DNA of 61,643 nt, the filler included, from Bdellovibrionota bacterium (GTDB lineage: Bacteria > Bdellovibrionota > Bdellovibrionia > Bdellovibrionales > JAEYZS01), in NCBI GenBank assembly GCA_963169515.1. It is 3 parts of 3 records of this genome, joined end to end, with 100 filler letters (N's around TTAATTAATTAA, not from the genome) between each part and the next. Parts side by side here need not be neighbours in the genome. Positions count along the whole stretch, not along the records: positions 29,322 to 49,659 come from CAUJEF010000089.1; 2 more parts are not named here. One strand, given 5' to 3'. Positions 29,359 to 40,479 of this stretch are shown here, one piece after another (the first letter of the stretch is position 1; each line of letters starts with the position of its first letter). The notes under the pieces were generated by a model. That model was not told the DNA's origin, made no database searches, and saw only the letters and a program-made list of their open reading frames with translations. Made by a program: the position numbers and the translations under genes.

Positions 29359-30894
29359 TTATGGTATCTCCATATCCGTAAATGGTGTTAATGTTGAAGT
29401 GGCTGGAGCCTTACCGCTCGGTTCGCGGATTTGGCTGCCATCCAATTTTTCGTTAGATTCCCACTCTACTAGCTTTGCCTTTATTTTTGTTACGAGCTCA
29501 CCCTGTGCCTTGACCGCTCTTAATATATCTTTTGCTTCTGCAAAACGGGCTTGATGCTCATAAACAAGCGCAAGATTAACCTGAGCCTTGTAGGCAAACG
29601 CCGCGGTTTCAGGTATCTCTTGATATTTTGCCCCAGCCTTTTCCCATTTTTGTTTTTGATCGAATAAAATCCCCATGTTGAATTTCGCCATAAAATTATC
29701 TGGGTATTTCTTTTCAACCTTTTCAAAAATACTCATTGAATCACTAAATTCACCCAATTTGTAGAACGTGTAACCGTACAACATCATCAGGTCTTGGTCG
29801 TATTCATTTACTTTCAGGCTATTTTTCAAAATTCCATTTGCAGTTTTAAACTCGCCAATAAACGCCAAAAGTTTTACCGATTTTACAACGGCCCATTTTT
29901 GGTCTGGAAATTTGATCGCATAATTTTTCAGGAAATATCCAACCCGATCTGTGTAGCCAAGATATGTCCACATATTGACAAGCTCTTCCGCCGATTCATG
30001 GTTAGCATTGTTAATACGAAGATGGCGTGTAAATTCAGCCTCTGCCGCTTTCCAGTCTTTCATTTTAACATAAAGACGGCCCAGTTTAAGCCCCGTCACT
30101 AAATTTGATGGAACCATCTCGACCGCTTTTTTGTAATTTGCGACAGCTTCGGAATCTTTTCCAAGGCCCGCAAGCGCATCACCAAGCCCATCGTATACTT
30201 CAAATTTTGAAGGGTTTAGCTTCATTGTATAACGAAGTGTATTTTCTGCGTCTTTGTAGTTTTTTAATTTTATATAACAACCCGCTAGCATCAAATGCAG
30301 GTCCACATTATTCGGTTTTTCTGCAGTTAAGAACTTGAAATCGTCCGCAGCCTTATTGATTTGTCCCAAAAACATATAGCCCTGTGCGCGGGTGTAGCGA
30401 GCTGTGATTGTGTCTTTTCCTTCTTTTATGAACATTGAAAGAAACTCAACAGCCTTGTCATATTTCTTTTCTTGAAAATAGACATAGCCACGCTTTTCCC
30501 AAGACAGGTCATAATTTTTTCTTAACGAATCAACCAGGTCTAACTGTTTGTGTGCTTCTTCATATTTTCCCTTTGCCTGTAGGCACTCGGCGTAGACCAT
30601 GCGAACATCGATATCGAATGGGTTTGTTTCGTCAATATAGTCCTTAACAAACTCATAACCTTCATCAACTTTTCCAGCCTTTAGCTTATTTCGTCCATAA
30701 CCCGCAACCGCTTCATTCCGAACATCCTTATAGTCCATCGCCTGCTTGTAGAACTGCGCGGCGCGCTCGTATTTGAATTGTTTTTCTGCGGCTTTTGCAT
30801 TTTGAAAAAGAGTTTGCCAACCCGAAGACTGCGCAAACACAGGCGAAAAACTCATTGTTAAGAGAACGCTAAGAAAAATTGATTTTGTTTTCAC
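29359..30894 (-). CDS. Exported tetratricopeptide-repeat protein
   Basis: Signal peptide ending VFA; many TPR-like units, e.g. YDGLGDALAGLGKDSEAVANYKKAVEMVP. Confidence 0.85.
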   Translation of the reverse strand: MKTKSIFLSVLLTMSFSPVFAQSSGWQTLFQNAKAAEKQFKYERAAQFYKQAMDYKDVRNEAVAGYGRNKLKAGKVDEGYEFVKDYIDETNPFDIDVRMVYAECLQAKGKYEEAHKQLDLVDSLRKNYDLSWEKRGYVYFQEKKYDKAVEFLSMFIKEGKDTITARYTRAQGYMFLGQINKAADDFKFLTAEKPNNVDLHLMLAGCYIKLKNYKDAENTLRYTMKLNPSKFEVYDGLGDALAGLGKDSEAVANYKKAVEMVPSNLVTGLKLGRLYVKMKDWKAAEAEFTRHLRINNANHESAEELVNMWTYLGYTDRVGYFLKNYAIKFPDQKWAVVKSVKLLAFIGEFKTANGILKNSLKVNEYDQDLMMLYGYTFYKLGEFSDSMSIFEKVEKKYPDNFMAKFNMGILFDQKQKWEKAGAKYQEIPETAAFAYKAQVNLALVYEHQARFAEAKDILRAVKAQGELVTKIKAKLVEWESNEKLDGSQIREPSGKAPATSTLTPFTDMEIP

Positions 30895-31025
30895 TTTAAC
30901 CTCTTTTTAAAATAAAACTTTGCGTAAGTTATACAAACGACATAGTTTATTCGGCCATAGTAAGTTTAAAATAAATTAAAAATAATCTGAAATAGAAAAA
31001 TTTAAACCAGGTCTTACTGCCAGGT

Positions 31026-32444
31026 TCACAAACTGGGCTGAAGCCCCACCCCTGTAATCACAGCTTTTTCTTGGTATTCATAATCCGTATTTATAGACCA
31101 AAGATCGTGGGACTTTCCTTCGGCTAGATTTTCCGCAGCCAAAAGTCCCATCAGTATACTGTGGTCCTGGTTGTTATATTTAAAGGCACCATACCGACCA
31201 ATGGCTGTAATGCCGCTAACTGAATTTAAAAATTTTGCAACAGCTTGCAGTGGCTCTTTATAGCCGCGCTCATAGACAGGATAACATTTTGAAATACGAT
31301 GAACAAAACCATCTAAAATTTTTGCGCTGCCAACCAATCCTGTCTTTTGCGCTTCCTGTTTTGCGTGCTCAATCAATTCGCTGTCGTTTTCTTTCCAAAT
31401 CTGATCATGGTCATAGCACCAGTATTCCAGCGCAAGAATTGTTGTGTCTTTACCTTGGCAAAGGTGCGGAACCCAATTCCGAAAATTGGTCATCCGACCC
31501 ATAAGAAGTTCGGGCGAATGAATATAAAGCCAGTTGTCCGGAAATAAATCTTTTGCATCGACGTGAAGATAGATCAGGATCGTGTTTCGAAACTTTAGGC
31601 CTTGCGCCGCACTTTTAATCTCGGGCGGCAGATTGTTAAAACCAAGAACCATTGTCGTAAGCGGCATTGTCGATATGACATGGTCGTATTTCTTCTGTGC
31701 TCCGTCTGCCAGCTCCAACCCATAAACCACATTTCTATCATTTAAAATTTTCTTAACCGCAGTATTGAGAAAAACTCCAAAACCTTTTGCCTTAACAAAA
31801 TCGGCCATGCGTTCATAGACCATGCCCGTTCCACCAGTGGGATAGGCAAAACGATCAACCAAGGTTTTGTGTTGATTTCCTTTGCCCCTGAAGATCGCAT
31901 TTTTGACTGCTTCGAATAAAGAAAGTTTTTTAATTCTTTGTGCTGCGAAATCGACATCCAGATCTTTACAAGATATACCCCATAATTTTTCGGTGTACGA
32001 TTTAAAGAAAATTTCAAACAGGCGGCGTCCGAACCGGGATACAACCCAGTCTTGAAAATTATCACTATTTTTTCTGGGTGATACAATTTGAACTAAATAA
32101 CTGAAAATGCAACGAAGAGCTTCGAATGGTCCCAGGTTTCTTAAGGCATCGAACGCTTTCAGTGGATAATAGAAAAATCGTTTTTTGTAATAAATGCGGG
32201 TTAACCTATCCACCATAAGATAATCCGACCCCACAACCTCAAGCCAAACCTTATTCACCCTAGGGTCGTTACTGAAAAAGCGATGAGGTCCCAGGTCGAC
32301 TTTCTGATCCCACAATGCAATCGTGCGCGCAAGCCCACCTATGTGTGGGCTTGCCTCATAAACATCGACGTGAACATTCCGTTTTGCCAATTCATAAGCG
32401 GCTGTGATTCCGGCCGGCCCAGCCCCAATAACGGCAACCTTCAT
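31026..32444 (-). CDS. FAD-dependent oxidoreductase (UDP-galactopyranose mutase/HemY-like family)
   Basis: GAGPAG Rossmann motif, DLGPHRFF, YTEKLWG, GRYGAFKYNNQDHS. Confidence 0.85.
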   Translation of the reverse strand: MKVAVIGAGPAGITAAYELAKRNVHVDVYEASPHIGGLARTIALWDQKVDLGPHRFFSNDPRVNKVWLEVVGSDYLMVDRLTRIYYKKRFFYYPLKAFDALRNLGPFEALRCIFSYLVQIVSPRKNSDNFQDWVVSRFGRRLFEIFFKSYTEKLWGISCKDLDVDFAAQRIKKLSLFEAVKNAIFRGKGNQHKTLVDRFAYPTGGTGMVYERMADFVKAKGFGVFLNTAVKKILNDRNVVYGLELADGAQKKYDHVISTMPLTTMVLGFNNLPPEIKSAAQGLKFRNTILIYLHVDAKDLFPDNWLYIHSPELLMGRMTNFRNWVPHLCQGKDTTILALEYWCYDHDQIWKENDSELIEHAKQEAQKTGLVGSAKILDGFVHRISKCYPVYERGYKEPLQAVAKFLNSVSGITAIGRYGAFKYNNQDHSILMGLLAAENLAEGKSHDLWSINTDYEYQEKAVITGVGLQPSL

Positions 32445-32513
32445 AAAGCACTACCTTGTTGCAATAGAAGTCAGAATAAGGCATAAAATCACTTGAAGCA
32501 AATCGGAAGTAAA

Positions 32514-35500
32514 ATGAAAATTTCACAATCGTATCAAGAACTAAAACATCTTTTATCAAAAAAAATTATGTTTTTGGATGGGGCCATGGGGACCATGGTT
32601 CAAAGGTATAAACTTCAAGAAAGCGACTACCGAGGAGCTGCTTTTAAAAACCACACGAAAGACCTGAAGGGAAATGCAGACATCCTGTGCCTGACACGCC
32701 CTGATGTTATTTCTGAAATACATAAGCTTTACTTTGAAGCCGGTGCAGACATTGTCGAAACCAATACTTTTAGCGCTACCAAAATCGGTCAGGCTGAATT
32801 TGGCTTGGAAGATAAAGTTTACGAAATCAATTACGAAGCCGCATCTATTGCCCGAAATGCCGCCAAAAAAGTTCAGGAAAAAAATCCCCATCGAAAACTT
32901 TTTGTGGCCGGATCCATTGGTCCCATGAACAAAACACTATCGATCTCACCAGATGTCAATCGGCCCGACTTTCGAGCAGTGACCTTTGATGATTTGATGG
33001 TCTCATATTACGAGCAGGTGCAAGCACTGGTTGAGGGTGGAGTTGATATTCTTTTGCCTGAAACAGTCTTTGACACCTTAAATTTGAAAGCCGCACTTTT
33101 TGCAATTGAAAAATTCTTTAATGAAACGCAAGTTAGATTACCCGTGATGATTTCTGGTACTATCACCGATGCATCCGGCAGAACTTTGTCTGGTCAAACG
33201 CTAGAAGCATTTTGGCATTCCATAAGACACGTGAAACCAATAAGCGTGGGACTCAACTGTGCCCTCGGCGCCAAACAAATGCGTCCTTATATAGAAGAGC
33301 TTTCCAGAATTTCTGATTGCTACATCAGTTGTTACCCCAATGCGGGATTACCTAATCCTCTTGCGCCGTCAGGTTATGATGAGACCCCAGAAATTACAGG
33401 ATCACTGCTAAAGGAATTTGCGGAAAGCGGTCTAGTAAACATTGTGGGCGGTTGCTGTGGAACAACCCCAGACCATATTCGAAAAATTGTAGAATTGACC
33501 CAGAAAATAAGTCCTCGTGAAGTCCCACGCTTAGGACCAACAACAGTTTACGCTGGGCTTGAGGCATTTAAGCTCAAAGAAACTTTTGCCCCATTTGTAA
33601 TGGTGGGCGAACGAACAAACGTAACCGGTTCTCCCCGATTTTCAAAATTGATTCAGGAAAATAAGTTTGAAGAGGCCTTGACCGTTGCGCGCCAACAGGT
33701 TGAAAGCGGCGCAAATATCTTAGATATAAATTTTGATGAAGGCCTGCTTGATGGTGAAGCGTGCATGACTCGATTTTTAAATTTTGTATCGAGCGAACCT
33801 GCGATATCAAAAGTACCGATTATGATCGACAGTTCAAAGTGGTCCGTCATTGAAGCCGGGTTGAAATGCGTCCAAGGAAAGCCAATAATTAACTCTATCA
33901 GCCTTAAAGAGGGTGAATCTAAGTTTTTGGAGCACGCCCGACTAGCGCGAATGTACGGTGCCGCAGTCATCGTTATGGCTTTTGATGAAAAGGGTCAAGC
34001 CTCAACAAAGGAAGATAAAGTCCGGATCTGTCAGCGGGCCTACAAGCTGCTAACCAAGGCCGCAAATTTTCCAGCTGAAGATATTATTTTTGACCCCAAT
34101 ATTTTGACTGTCGGCACTGGAATCGAAGAACATAATTCCTATGCATTAAATTTTATTGAAGCCGTTGGTGAAATCAAACGAACTTGCCCTGGTGTGCGTA
34201 CAATAGGTGGAATCAGTAATATCTCTTTTTCTTTCCGTGGACAAAATAACATTCGCGAAGCCATGCATTCTGCATTTTTATACCATGCGATCAAAGCAGG
34301 TCTTGATATGGGGATCGTCAATGCAGGCCAACTTGCCGTTTATGAAGACATCGACCCCGAGCTATTAAAGAAGGTCGAAGACGTTTTATTAAATCGTGGC
34401 CCAGACGCCACAGAAAATCTTGTCGAATATTCCAAGGGCTACAAACACGACGCTCAAGAAAAAACAAAAACCACCGAAGAATGGCGCACCGGATCTGTTG
34501 AAGAACGATTGAGTCACGCCTTGGTTCACGGCATTACCGAATTCATAGAAGCCGACACCGAAGAAGCTCGTGATAAATCACAACGCCCACTGGATGTTAT
34601 TGAAGGTCCCTTGATGGATGGAATGAAAAAGGTGGGTGAGCTCTTTGGAGCGGGCAAAATGTTTTTACCTCAGGTCGTAAAGAGCGCACGTGTAATGAAA
34701 AAAGCCGTTTCGTACCTTGAGCCATTTATGCAAAAAGAAAAGGCACAGGGCACAAGAAAAACCCAAGGAACATTTTTGATCGCAACCGTAAAAGGCGACG
34801 TTCACGATATCGGAAAAAATATTGTGTCTGTAGTATTGGGCTGTAACAACTATCTTGTACACGATTTGGGAGTAATGACCCCTTGCGATCAAATTTTGAA
34901 AAAAGCAGTTGAGATCAATGCAGATTTTGTGGGGTTGAGCGGTTTGATTACACCATCACTTGACGAAATGGCCTATGTTGCTAGCGAAATGGAGCGCCAG
35001 GGCTTCAAAGTACCACTTTTAATCGGTGGTGCCACAACAAGCAAAATTCATACGGCTGTTAAAATTGCCCCGCACTACACGCCAATTGTTGACCATGTTC
35101 AAGATGCTTCACTTGTTGTAAATGTCTGCAATCAGCTAATGAACCCGGAAACTAAAAATAAATATATCGAATCCGTTCACGATAACCAAAAAAAACTTTC
35201 GACTTATTTTTCGCAATCGCAGGCACAAAAATCTCTTTCCATTGACGATGCTCGGAAGCAGAAAATAAAGATCGACTGGGCGAATTATCAACCGCCAAAG
35301 CCGAGTTCTGCGGGCGAGATCAAGCACATCCCGCTGAAAGATGTTCTGCCCTACATTGACTGGTCCCCGTTTTTCTGGACATGGGAGCTCAAGGGTGTCT
35401 ATCCAAAAATATTCGAACATGAAAAATGGGGCAAACAAGCTAAAAATTTGTTCGAAGACGCACAAAAGGTTTTGCAAACCATTGTCAGTGACGAACTGTT

Positions 35501-36185
35501 TAAACCGCAGGTTGTATGGAATATGTGGCCGGCAAACAATGTGGGGGACGACGTGGAACTTTACACGGATGAGTCCCGCACAGAAGTACTGCATACTTTT
35601 AGATTTCTGAGACAGCAAAAAGAAAAGCCCAATGGCGAAACCTATTATTGTTTAGCCGATTTTATTGCCCCAAAGGGGATCAGAGATTACATGGGCGCTT
35701 TTGTTGCAACATCTGGAAAGGGGGTAGAAATCCTTTCAAAAAAATACAAAGCCGTAAATGATGATTATAACGCTATCATCGTCCAAGCCCTGGGCGATCG
35801 TATTGCTGAAGCGACGACCGAATATCTTCACAAAGAAGTTCGAAAACTTTGGGGAATCTGCGAAGACTTATCATTCCAAGATTTGATTGCAGAGAAATAC
35901 CAAGGCATCCGGCCCGCACCAGGTTACCCCGCCTGCCCTGATCACACAGAAAAAGAGCCTTTATTCAAGCTCCTTGATGCGGAAAAGAACATCGGCGTAA
36001 CACTTACTGAAAGTTTTGCGATGAATCCGCCAAGTTCGGTCTCGGGATTTTTCTTCTCGCATCCAGAATCAAAATACTTTGCTGTCGGCCTAGTTCAGCG
36101 GGACCAAATTACAGATTATGCCAACCGCAAAGGGATTCCTGTCGAACACGCTGAGAAATGGCTAAGACCGTATTTAGGGTATTAG
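32514..36185 (+). CDS. metH: Cobalamin-dependent methionine synthase
   Basis: [29 protein letters not shown]12 motif GDVHDIGKN, reactivation domain [12 protein letters not shown]. Confidence 0.98.
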   Translation: MKISQSYQELKHLLSKKIMFLDGAMGTMVQRYKLQESDYRGAAFKNHTKDLKGNADILCLTRPDVISEIHKLYFEAGADIVETNTFSATKIGQAEFGLEDKVYEINYEAASIARNAAKKVQEKNPHRKLFVAGSIGPMNKTLSISPDVNRPDFRAVTFDDLMVSYYEQVQALVEGGVDILLPETVFDTLNLKAALFAIEKFFNETQVRLPVMISGTITDASGRTLSGQTLEAFWHSIRHVKPISVGLNCALGAKQMRPYIEELSRISDCYISCYPNAGLPNPLAPSGYDETPEITGSLLKEFAESGLVNIVGGCCGTTPDHIRKIVELTQKISPREVPRLGPTTVYAGLEAFKLKETFAPFVMVGERTNVTGSPRFSKLIQENKFEEALTVARQQVESGANILDINFDEGLLDGEACMTRFLNFVSSEPAISKVPIMIDSSKWSVIEAGLKCVQGKPIINSISLKEGESKFLEHARLARMYGAAVIVMAFDEKGQASTKEDKVRICQRAYKLLTKAANFPAEDIIFDPNILTVGTGIEEHNSYALNFIEAVGEIKRTCPGVRTIGGISNISFSFRGQNNIREAMHSAFLYHAIKAGLDMGIVNAGQLAVYEDIDPELLKKVEDVLLNRGPDATENLVEYSKGYKHDAQEKTKTTEEWRTGSVEERLSHALVHGITEFIEADTEEARDKSQRPLDVIEGPLMDGMKKVGELFGAGKMFLPQVVKSARVMKKAVSYLEPFMQKEKAQGTRKTQGTFLIATVKGDVHDIGKNIVSVVLGCNNYLVHDLGVMTPCDQILKKAVEINADFVGLSGLITPSLDEMAYVASEMERQGFKVPLLIGGATTSKIHTAVKIAPHYTPIVDHVQDASLVVNVCNQLMNPETKNKYIESVHDNQKKLSTYFSQSQAQKSLSIDDARKQKIKIDWANYQPPKPSSAGEIKHIPLKDVLPYIDWSPFFWTWELKGVYPKIFEHEKWGKQAKNLFEDAQKVLQTIVSDELFKPQVVWNMWPANNVGDDVELYTDESRTEVLHTFRFLRQQKEKPNGETYYCLADFIAPKGIRDYMGAFVATSGKGVEILSKKYKAVNDDYNAIIVQALGDRIAEATTEYLHKEVRKLWGICEDLSFQDLIAEKYQGIRPAPGYPACPDHTEKEPLFKLLDAEKNIGVTLTESFAMNPPSSVSGFFFSHPESKYFAVGLVQRDQITDYANRKGIPVEHAEKWLRPYLGY

Positions 36186-36685
36186 TCTTTAATTGCACTT
36201 GATATGGCTTTAAAGAATTTTCCCCAATCCATCGGAGCTGAATAATTCACGTGATTAAAGGTTACTTCGCGATACGCAGGCGGAACTGGAACCAAAAGCC
36301 CTGCTTTATCTGCTTCCTCGATCGAAATATCTGCTAAATTAAGATCTGTAATTCTGCGCCCATTTTGCACACCACGATCCGATACCCAGTTCATCATTTG
36401 AACAATAAAGCGCCCTGATTTTTCCTCTCCATTGATCATAAAACGGAAGGTGTACAGCATCGTGATATCATAATCTTGATTATCAATTTTTAAAGCCAAG
36501 GGGCAATTGTGATTGAATTTCGATTTTAGGGTTTCGAATTTAACTTCAACTCCACCAACGCCATCCAGGTTCTGCAAAAATGTGCAGGCGGCGATGTCAA
36601 AGCCCGAGACTTTCCCATTGCAGTTGGCAGCGTCCGCTCGAGAATTTATCAAAAAAACTAGAAGTAGTACCAGAACTCGTTTCAT
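36182..36685 (-). CDS. Secreted hypothetical protein
   Basis: [19 protein letters not shown] signal peptide; start 36685 or 36691. Confidence 0.65.
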   Translation of the reverse strand: MKRVLVLLLVFLINSRADAANCNGKVSGFDIAACTFLQNLDGVGGVEVKFETLKSKFNHNCPLALKIDNQDYDITMLYTFRFMINGEEKSGRFIVQMMNWVSDRGVQNGRRITDLNLADISIEEADKAGLLVPVPPAYREVTFNHVNYSAPMDWGKFFKAISSAIKD

Positions 36686-36698
36686 GTCCATGAGCCAG

Positions 36699-36714
36699 AG
36701 CAAGCGTTATACCA
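36699..36714 (-). promoter_or_regulatory. Putative sigma54 promoter
   Basis: Minus strand TGGTATAACGCTTGCT. Confidence 0.7.
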
Positions 36715-36850
36715 CGTAGATGGCCCATAAAATATAAATGAGACACCGTCGCTCGTTTATAAAATAGACGCTATGGAAACTATTTCAAAGAAAACAGTTA
36801 ACGAAGGATTCTTTGATCGAACTGTAACCCTTTGGCTTATAATCTCAGCC

Positions 36851-37495
36851 ATGTTTAAGGGTACCTATATAATATTGTTATTCCTATTGATATCGACATC
36901 TGCAGGCGCAAACCATTTATGTCTTTCTTTGTTTTCTCTTCCTCGAACAAACGAAAGTCAGCTTGTTCAAAGGCTGGATAACCAGGCTGAACTGGCACTG
37001 GAGCAAATACTTTATTACGAAGGCCAATTAAATTACGATCGGATATCCACATATTCTTTCTTGATCGAGCTGAAAGCAGAAGAAAGCCCCCTAACCCAAG
37101 AAGAATCAGCAACGCTTGGTCAGCATAACGGTTATCTGCGTATTCGCTTTTATGAGGCTCGCAAAGCAAGGCTTGCAGAATTCGCTAGGAACAATTTCGT
37201 AAAATGGCTTACCGAGCATGGATTTTCAGATACGGTTTCCGTAGGAGAAATCAATCCAAAAAATCGCACGATCAGAATCTTAACCACCTTTCCAGAGTTT
37301 ATGAAGGTTGTTAATGCAAAAATTTCCGAAGGCCCTCTCGATATTTTAAACGTGAGCTATTACTCTGCAGAAACGCCACTTTCTCAGCGCCTTGGCGCCT
37401 GGATAAAACACCAAAAATCTGTTGGTCATATAGCTTCAGAAGGCGAAATACAAAAAAAGGCATTTGAGATTCGCCGTGACCTGGGGATTCGATAA
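36851..37495 (+). CDS. Secreted hypothetical protein
   Basis: MFKGTYIILLFLLISTSAGA signal peptide followed by CLSLF; ORF open from 36773. Confidence 0.6.
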   Translation: MFKGTYIILLFLLISTSAGANHLCLSLFSLPRTNESQLVQRLDNQAELALEQILYYEGQLNYDRISTYSFLIELKAEESPLTQEESATLGQHNGYLRIRFYEARKARLAEFARNNFVKWLTEHGFSDTVSVGEINPKNRTIRILTTFPEFMKVVNAKISEGPLDILNVSYYSAETPLSQRLGAWIKHQKSVGHIASEGEIQKKAFEIRRDLGIR

Positions 37496-37498
37496 ATT

Positions 37499-39349
37499 TT
37501 AGCCATATATTTGTTTGTGCACATCGAGCGCAACTGAAACCTTATTGAACGGTGCGCTGATCTGAAATCCTGCAACCATATCGCGAGCCTCAGCCATTGT
37601 ACGAACCGCAATAGCAACGCCACGCTTAATACTTTCCTCTTTATCGTCCCCGGCTTTTTTCATTTCTTCGATAACCCAATCTGGAACATCGACGCCTGGA
37701 ACCTCATACTTCAAAAACTCTGCGTTCCGCAAACTTACCAGTGGCCAAATTCCCATTATAATCGGAATTGAAACGGGCCCCAACTCTTCAAAAAATCTTT
37801 TGTAACCCTCAACACTATAGATCGGCTGGGTTATTGCATAATCCGCACCGGCTTCGATTTTATACTTGAAACGCTGGATCTCTAGCTCTCGGTTCTTTGT
37901 CGTTGGATTCAGCGCCACACCCACAAGAAATTGGGTCCTTTCGCCTGTACTTGTCCCGCCCAGATCCAAACCTTGGTTCATTCGCGACACGATGTGGGTC
38001 AAGCCGATGGCGTCGACATCATAAACTGCGGTCGCACCCGGCGTGTTTCCAAGCTTTGGTGGGTCGCCTGTTACAATTAACAAATTTCTCACGCCGTTTA
38101 CATACGAACCCAAGATGTCTGCCTGCAGGCCAATTAAATTTCGATCTCTACATGTTAAATGCGGAATCGGTTCCAATTTAAATTTATTAATAACGTAAGA
38201 CGAAAGCTGCAACGAGCTCATGCGTGCAACGGCTCGAGCACCGTCGGGGATATTGATAAACTCGATACCCCCCCGCTGGAGCATCGCACACTGTTCTGCA
38301 AAACGATTAAATCCAGACACAAAAGGGGGAACAATTTCAACGGACACGACCTTTTCTTTGTTCGCAAGTCGCTGCCCCAAAAGACTTCGCTTTTCACGCG
38401 CTACCGGTTCTGTAGGCTGATCTTCGCCCGTTTGGACCACAGCGTTTGCCGAATACTCAGTTTTTACATTTTGAATCATTTTAACTGCATTGCTCACGGC
38501 CTTGATGTGTTGATCGTAGACCCCACAATGTCCGCCAACCATATTTGCACCGGCTTGGACAAATCGCTTTGCGAACTTGCCGATATAATCAGGGCTGCAT
38601 AAATAAATGTATTGGTCATTCACAAAGCGCGGAAGCCCCGCATTCGGCAATGCGTATATTGGCTTTTTTGTGAGTGGACGCAAATGCTCGATCGCAGTAA
38701 GCATTCCACTCGGACCAACTTCCCCGCAGATCCCGACACACGTAACATTGTGTTCTTCGCATAGCCTTACAAACTCGTCGATAGTATGGCCAAAGGACGT
38801 TCTCATATTTTCTTGAACGCCCAGGCCCACAAATACTGGAAGATCAATGCCCTCTATTGCAGTTAGCGCTGAACGAAGTTCGTTCAAATCATGAAGACCA
38901 TTGATAGCGATCCCATCGACATCATTTTTCACAAAGATATCTATGTTTTTCTTAAAAAACGCCGTGGCTTCGGCAACGCTTGTCGGACCCAGAGGTTCAA
39001 TTTGAACGCCCAGGGGGCCCATCAAACCCAGCACATAACCCTGGCCGTTTGAAACGCTCTTTGCCACCTCAACAGACTTTTCCAATATAATTTCAATCTG
39101 ATCCTGCAACCCATAGGTCGTAAGTTTCGGAATCGTGGCACCAAATGTATTCGTGTGAAGAATGTGAGCGCCGGCTTTTTTAAAGGAAAGAGCCACGTCA
39201 CGGATAGCGCTAGGATCAGTTACCGAAAGCTCTTCAAAGCTACGGTTGATGTAAAATCCCTTATCGTACAGGGCCGTTGCCATCGCACCATCCATGACCA
39301 AAATAGGCTTGGATTTTAAGACTTCATACAAGGGGGACTTTTTAGACAT
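37499..39349 (-). CDS. yitJ: Bifunctional homocysteine S-methyltransferase / methylenetetrahydrofolate reductase
   Basis: MDGAMAT, PNAGLP N-terminal domain; MTHFR motifs HLTCRDRNLIGLQ, VTGDPPKLG, ITQP. Confidence 0.9.
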   Translation of the reverse strand: MSKKSPLYEVLKSKPILVMDGAMATALYDKGFYINRSFEELSVTDPSAIRDVALSFKKAGAHILHTNTFGATIPKLTTYGLQDQIEIILEKSVEVAKSVSNGQGYVLGLMGPLGVQIEPLGPTSVAEATAFFKKNIDIFVKNDVDGIAINGLHDLNELRSALTAIEGIDLPVFVGLGVQENMRTSFGHTIDEFVRLCEEHNVTCVGICGEVGPSGMLTAIEHLRPLTKKPIYALPNAGLPRFVNDQYIYLCSPDYIGKFAKRFVQAGANMVGGHCGVYDQHIKAVSNAVKMIQNVKTEYSANAVVQTGEDQPTEPVAREKRSLLGQRLANKEKVVSVEIVPPFVSGFNRFAEQCAMLQRGGIEFINIPDGARAVARMSSLQLSSYVINKFKLEPIPHLTCRDRNLIGLQADILGSYVNGVRNLLIVTGDPPKLGNTPGATAVYDVDAIGLTHIVSRMNQGLDLGGTSTGERTQFLVGVALNPTTKNRELEIQRFKYKIEAGADYAITQPIYSVEGYKRFFEELGPVSIPIIMGIWPLVSLRNAEFLKYEVPGVDVPDWVIEEMKKAGDDKEESIKRGVAIAVRTMAEARDMVAGFQISAPFNKVSVALDVHKQIYG

Positions 39350-39372
39350 GGATCGACTATTATCAGCTTTTA

Positions 39373-39972
39373 TCAGAGCAGTCGAGGCAAAACCTGACCG
39401 TTACGGTTGTGCAAGCGCTTTGCCATTTCTGTATTGGGATGAAGAGTAATTTTGCCATCCGTTGTGTCCAAATCGACGTCAAATATATAGCCGTACGTAT
39501 AACCTTCGATATCACGCACTATCAAATTTGTAACGATGTGTCCGCGTCCCCCGTCTTCGAAAAAAGACTTTTTAGCCAAAAACAGGTTTTCAAAGTTTAA
39601 TCTATCCGCAATTCGCGAAATCGTATTAGCAAGATATCGACATAGATTTTCGCCGTCTTTATCACGAGCGATATCAAGAGTTTCTTGTGAAGCGCAAACA
39701 AGTTTCTTCCACGGACTGTCGAAGGTGCTGCATCTTTGGACCGCAACTTGAATTCGTCTTGGATCTACATGGTCCTTAATTTTATAGATCCCTCTTGAAA
39801 CAACATTAAGCGGTGATTCTTCAGAAACAAAGTTCATTAGTCCAGAATAGGGAGAGATTTTGAAATAAGTTTTCTCGATAAACTCGCGGGACCAGTCCTG
39901 TCCCACAATAACGGGTTCCCCCGCAAGCGCAGAACTTGAAATCAATAGCCCAAGCACCAATCCCCGTAACAT
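39373..39972 (-). CDS. Secreted hypothetical protein, possible transglutaminase-like fold
   Basis: Signal peptide MLRGLVLGLLISSSALA; LCRYLA, GHIV and YIFD motifs in order. Confidence 0.6.
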   Translation of the reverse strand: MLRGLVLGLLISSSALAGEPVIVGQDWSREFIEKTYFKISPYSGLMNFVSEESPLNVVSRGIYKIKDHVDPRRIQVAVQRCSTFDSPWKKLVCASQETLDIARDKDGENLCRYLANTISRIADRLNFENLFLAKKSFFEDGGRGHIVTNLIVRDIEGYTYGYIFDVDLDTTDGKITLHPNTEMAKRLHNRNGQVLPRLL

Positions 39973-40434
39973 ACCCCGATTTACCCTTCTCAACTGGGAC
40001 CATAAAATTTAAAAAGGTATTTATCCACTGGAATTAATAAAACATGAATTTAAAACCCGGCCACTATAAGTACCAGTAATCGAAGGCATTAAAATTTAAA
40101 ATCAGGGTTTGATTCTGAAGCAATTGAGCGTGGGTATTCTGATCCCAAATCTGAAAATTGTGTGATTTGCGATCCGTAGAAAACAAGAACAGAGAACAAA
40201 ACCAGAAGTATTACAAATTGCCACGCAAGGGTTTTATTCAAAAACTTAACCGTTTTTTTTCTCATGTATATAACAGGATTTGCAAAATGAATACCGTGAT
40301 CCTAAGTGATATAGGGCTTATCGAAACAAAAGTGTGTTTACTTTGTTTACAGCCCCGTAGAAGTTGGCCAGCGGTCATGGTGTCTCAATTATATATTAAT
40401 TAATAAAAACAGATGGTTATAACGCATCAAAGTC

Positions 40435-40450
40435 AGGCCTGAACCTTGCT
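40435..40450 (+). promoter_or_regulatory. Putative sigma54 promoter
   Basis: AGGCCTGAACCTTGCT, GG-N10-GC, 30 nt upstream of the subtilase ATG. Confidence 0.6.
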
Positions 40451-40479
40451 CATTTAAAAGATAACAAGGGGCTAAAACA

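Noticed and set aside
32445..32513. Cobalamin or SAM riboswitch upstream of metH
   Set aside because: The divergent spacer is only about 70 bp and lacks the conserved motifs.
40158..40403. 81-aa ORF in the long spacer before the subtilase
   Set aside because: AT-rich, no RBS or motifs; the region looks like a sigma54 upstream regulatory zone.
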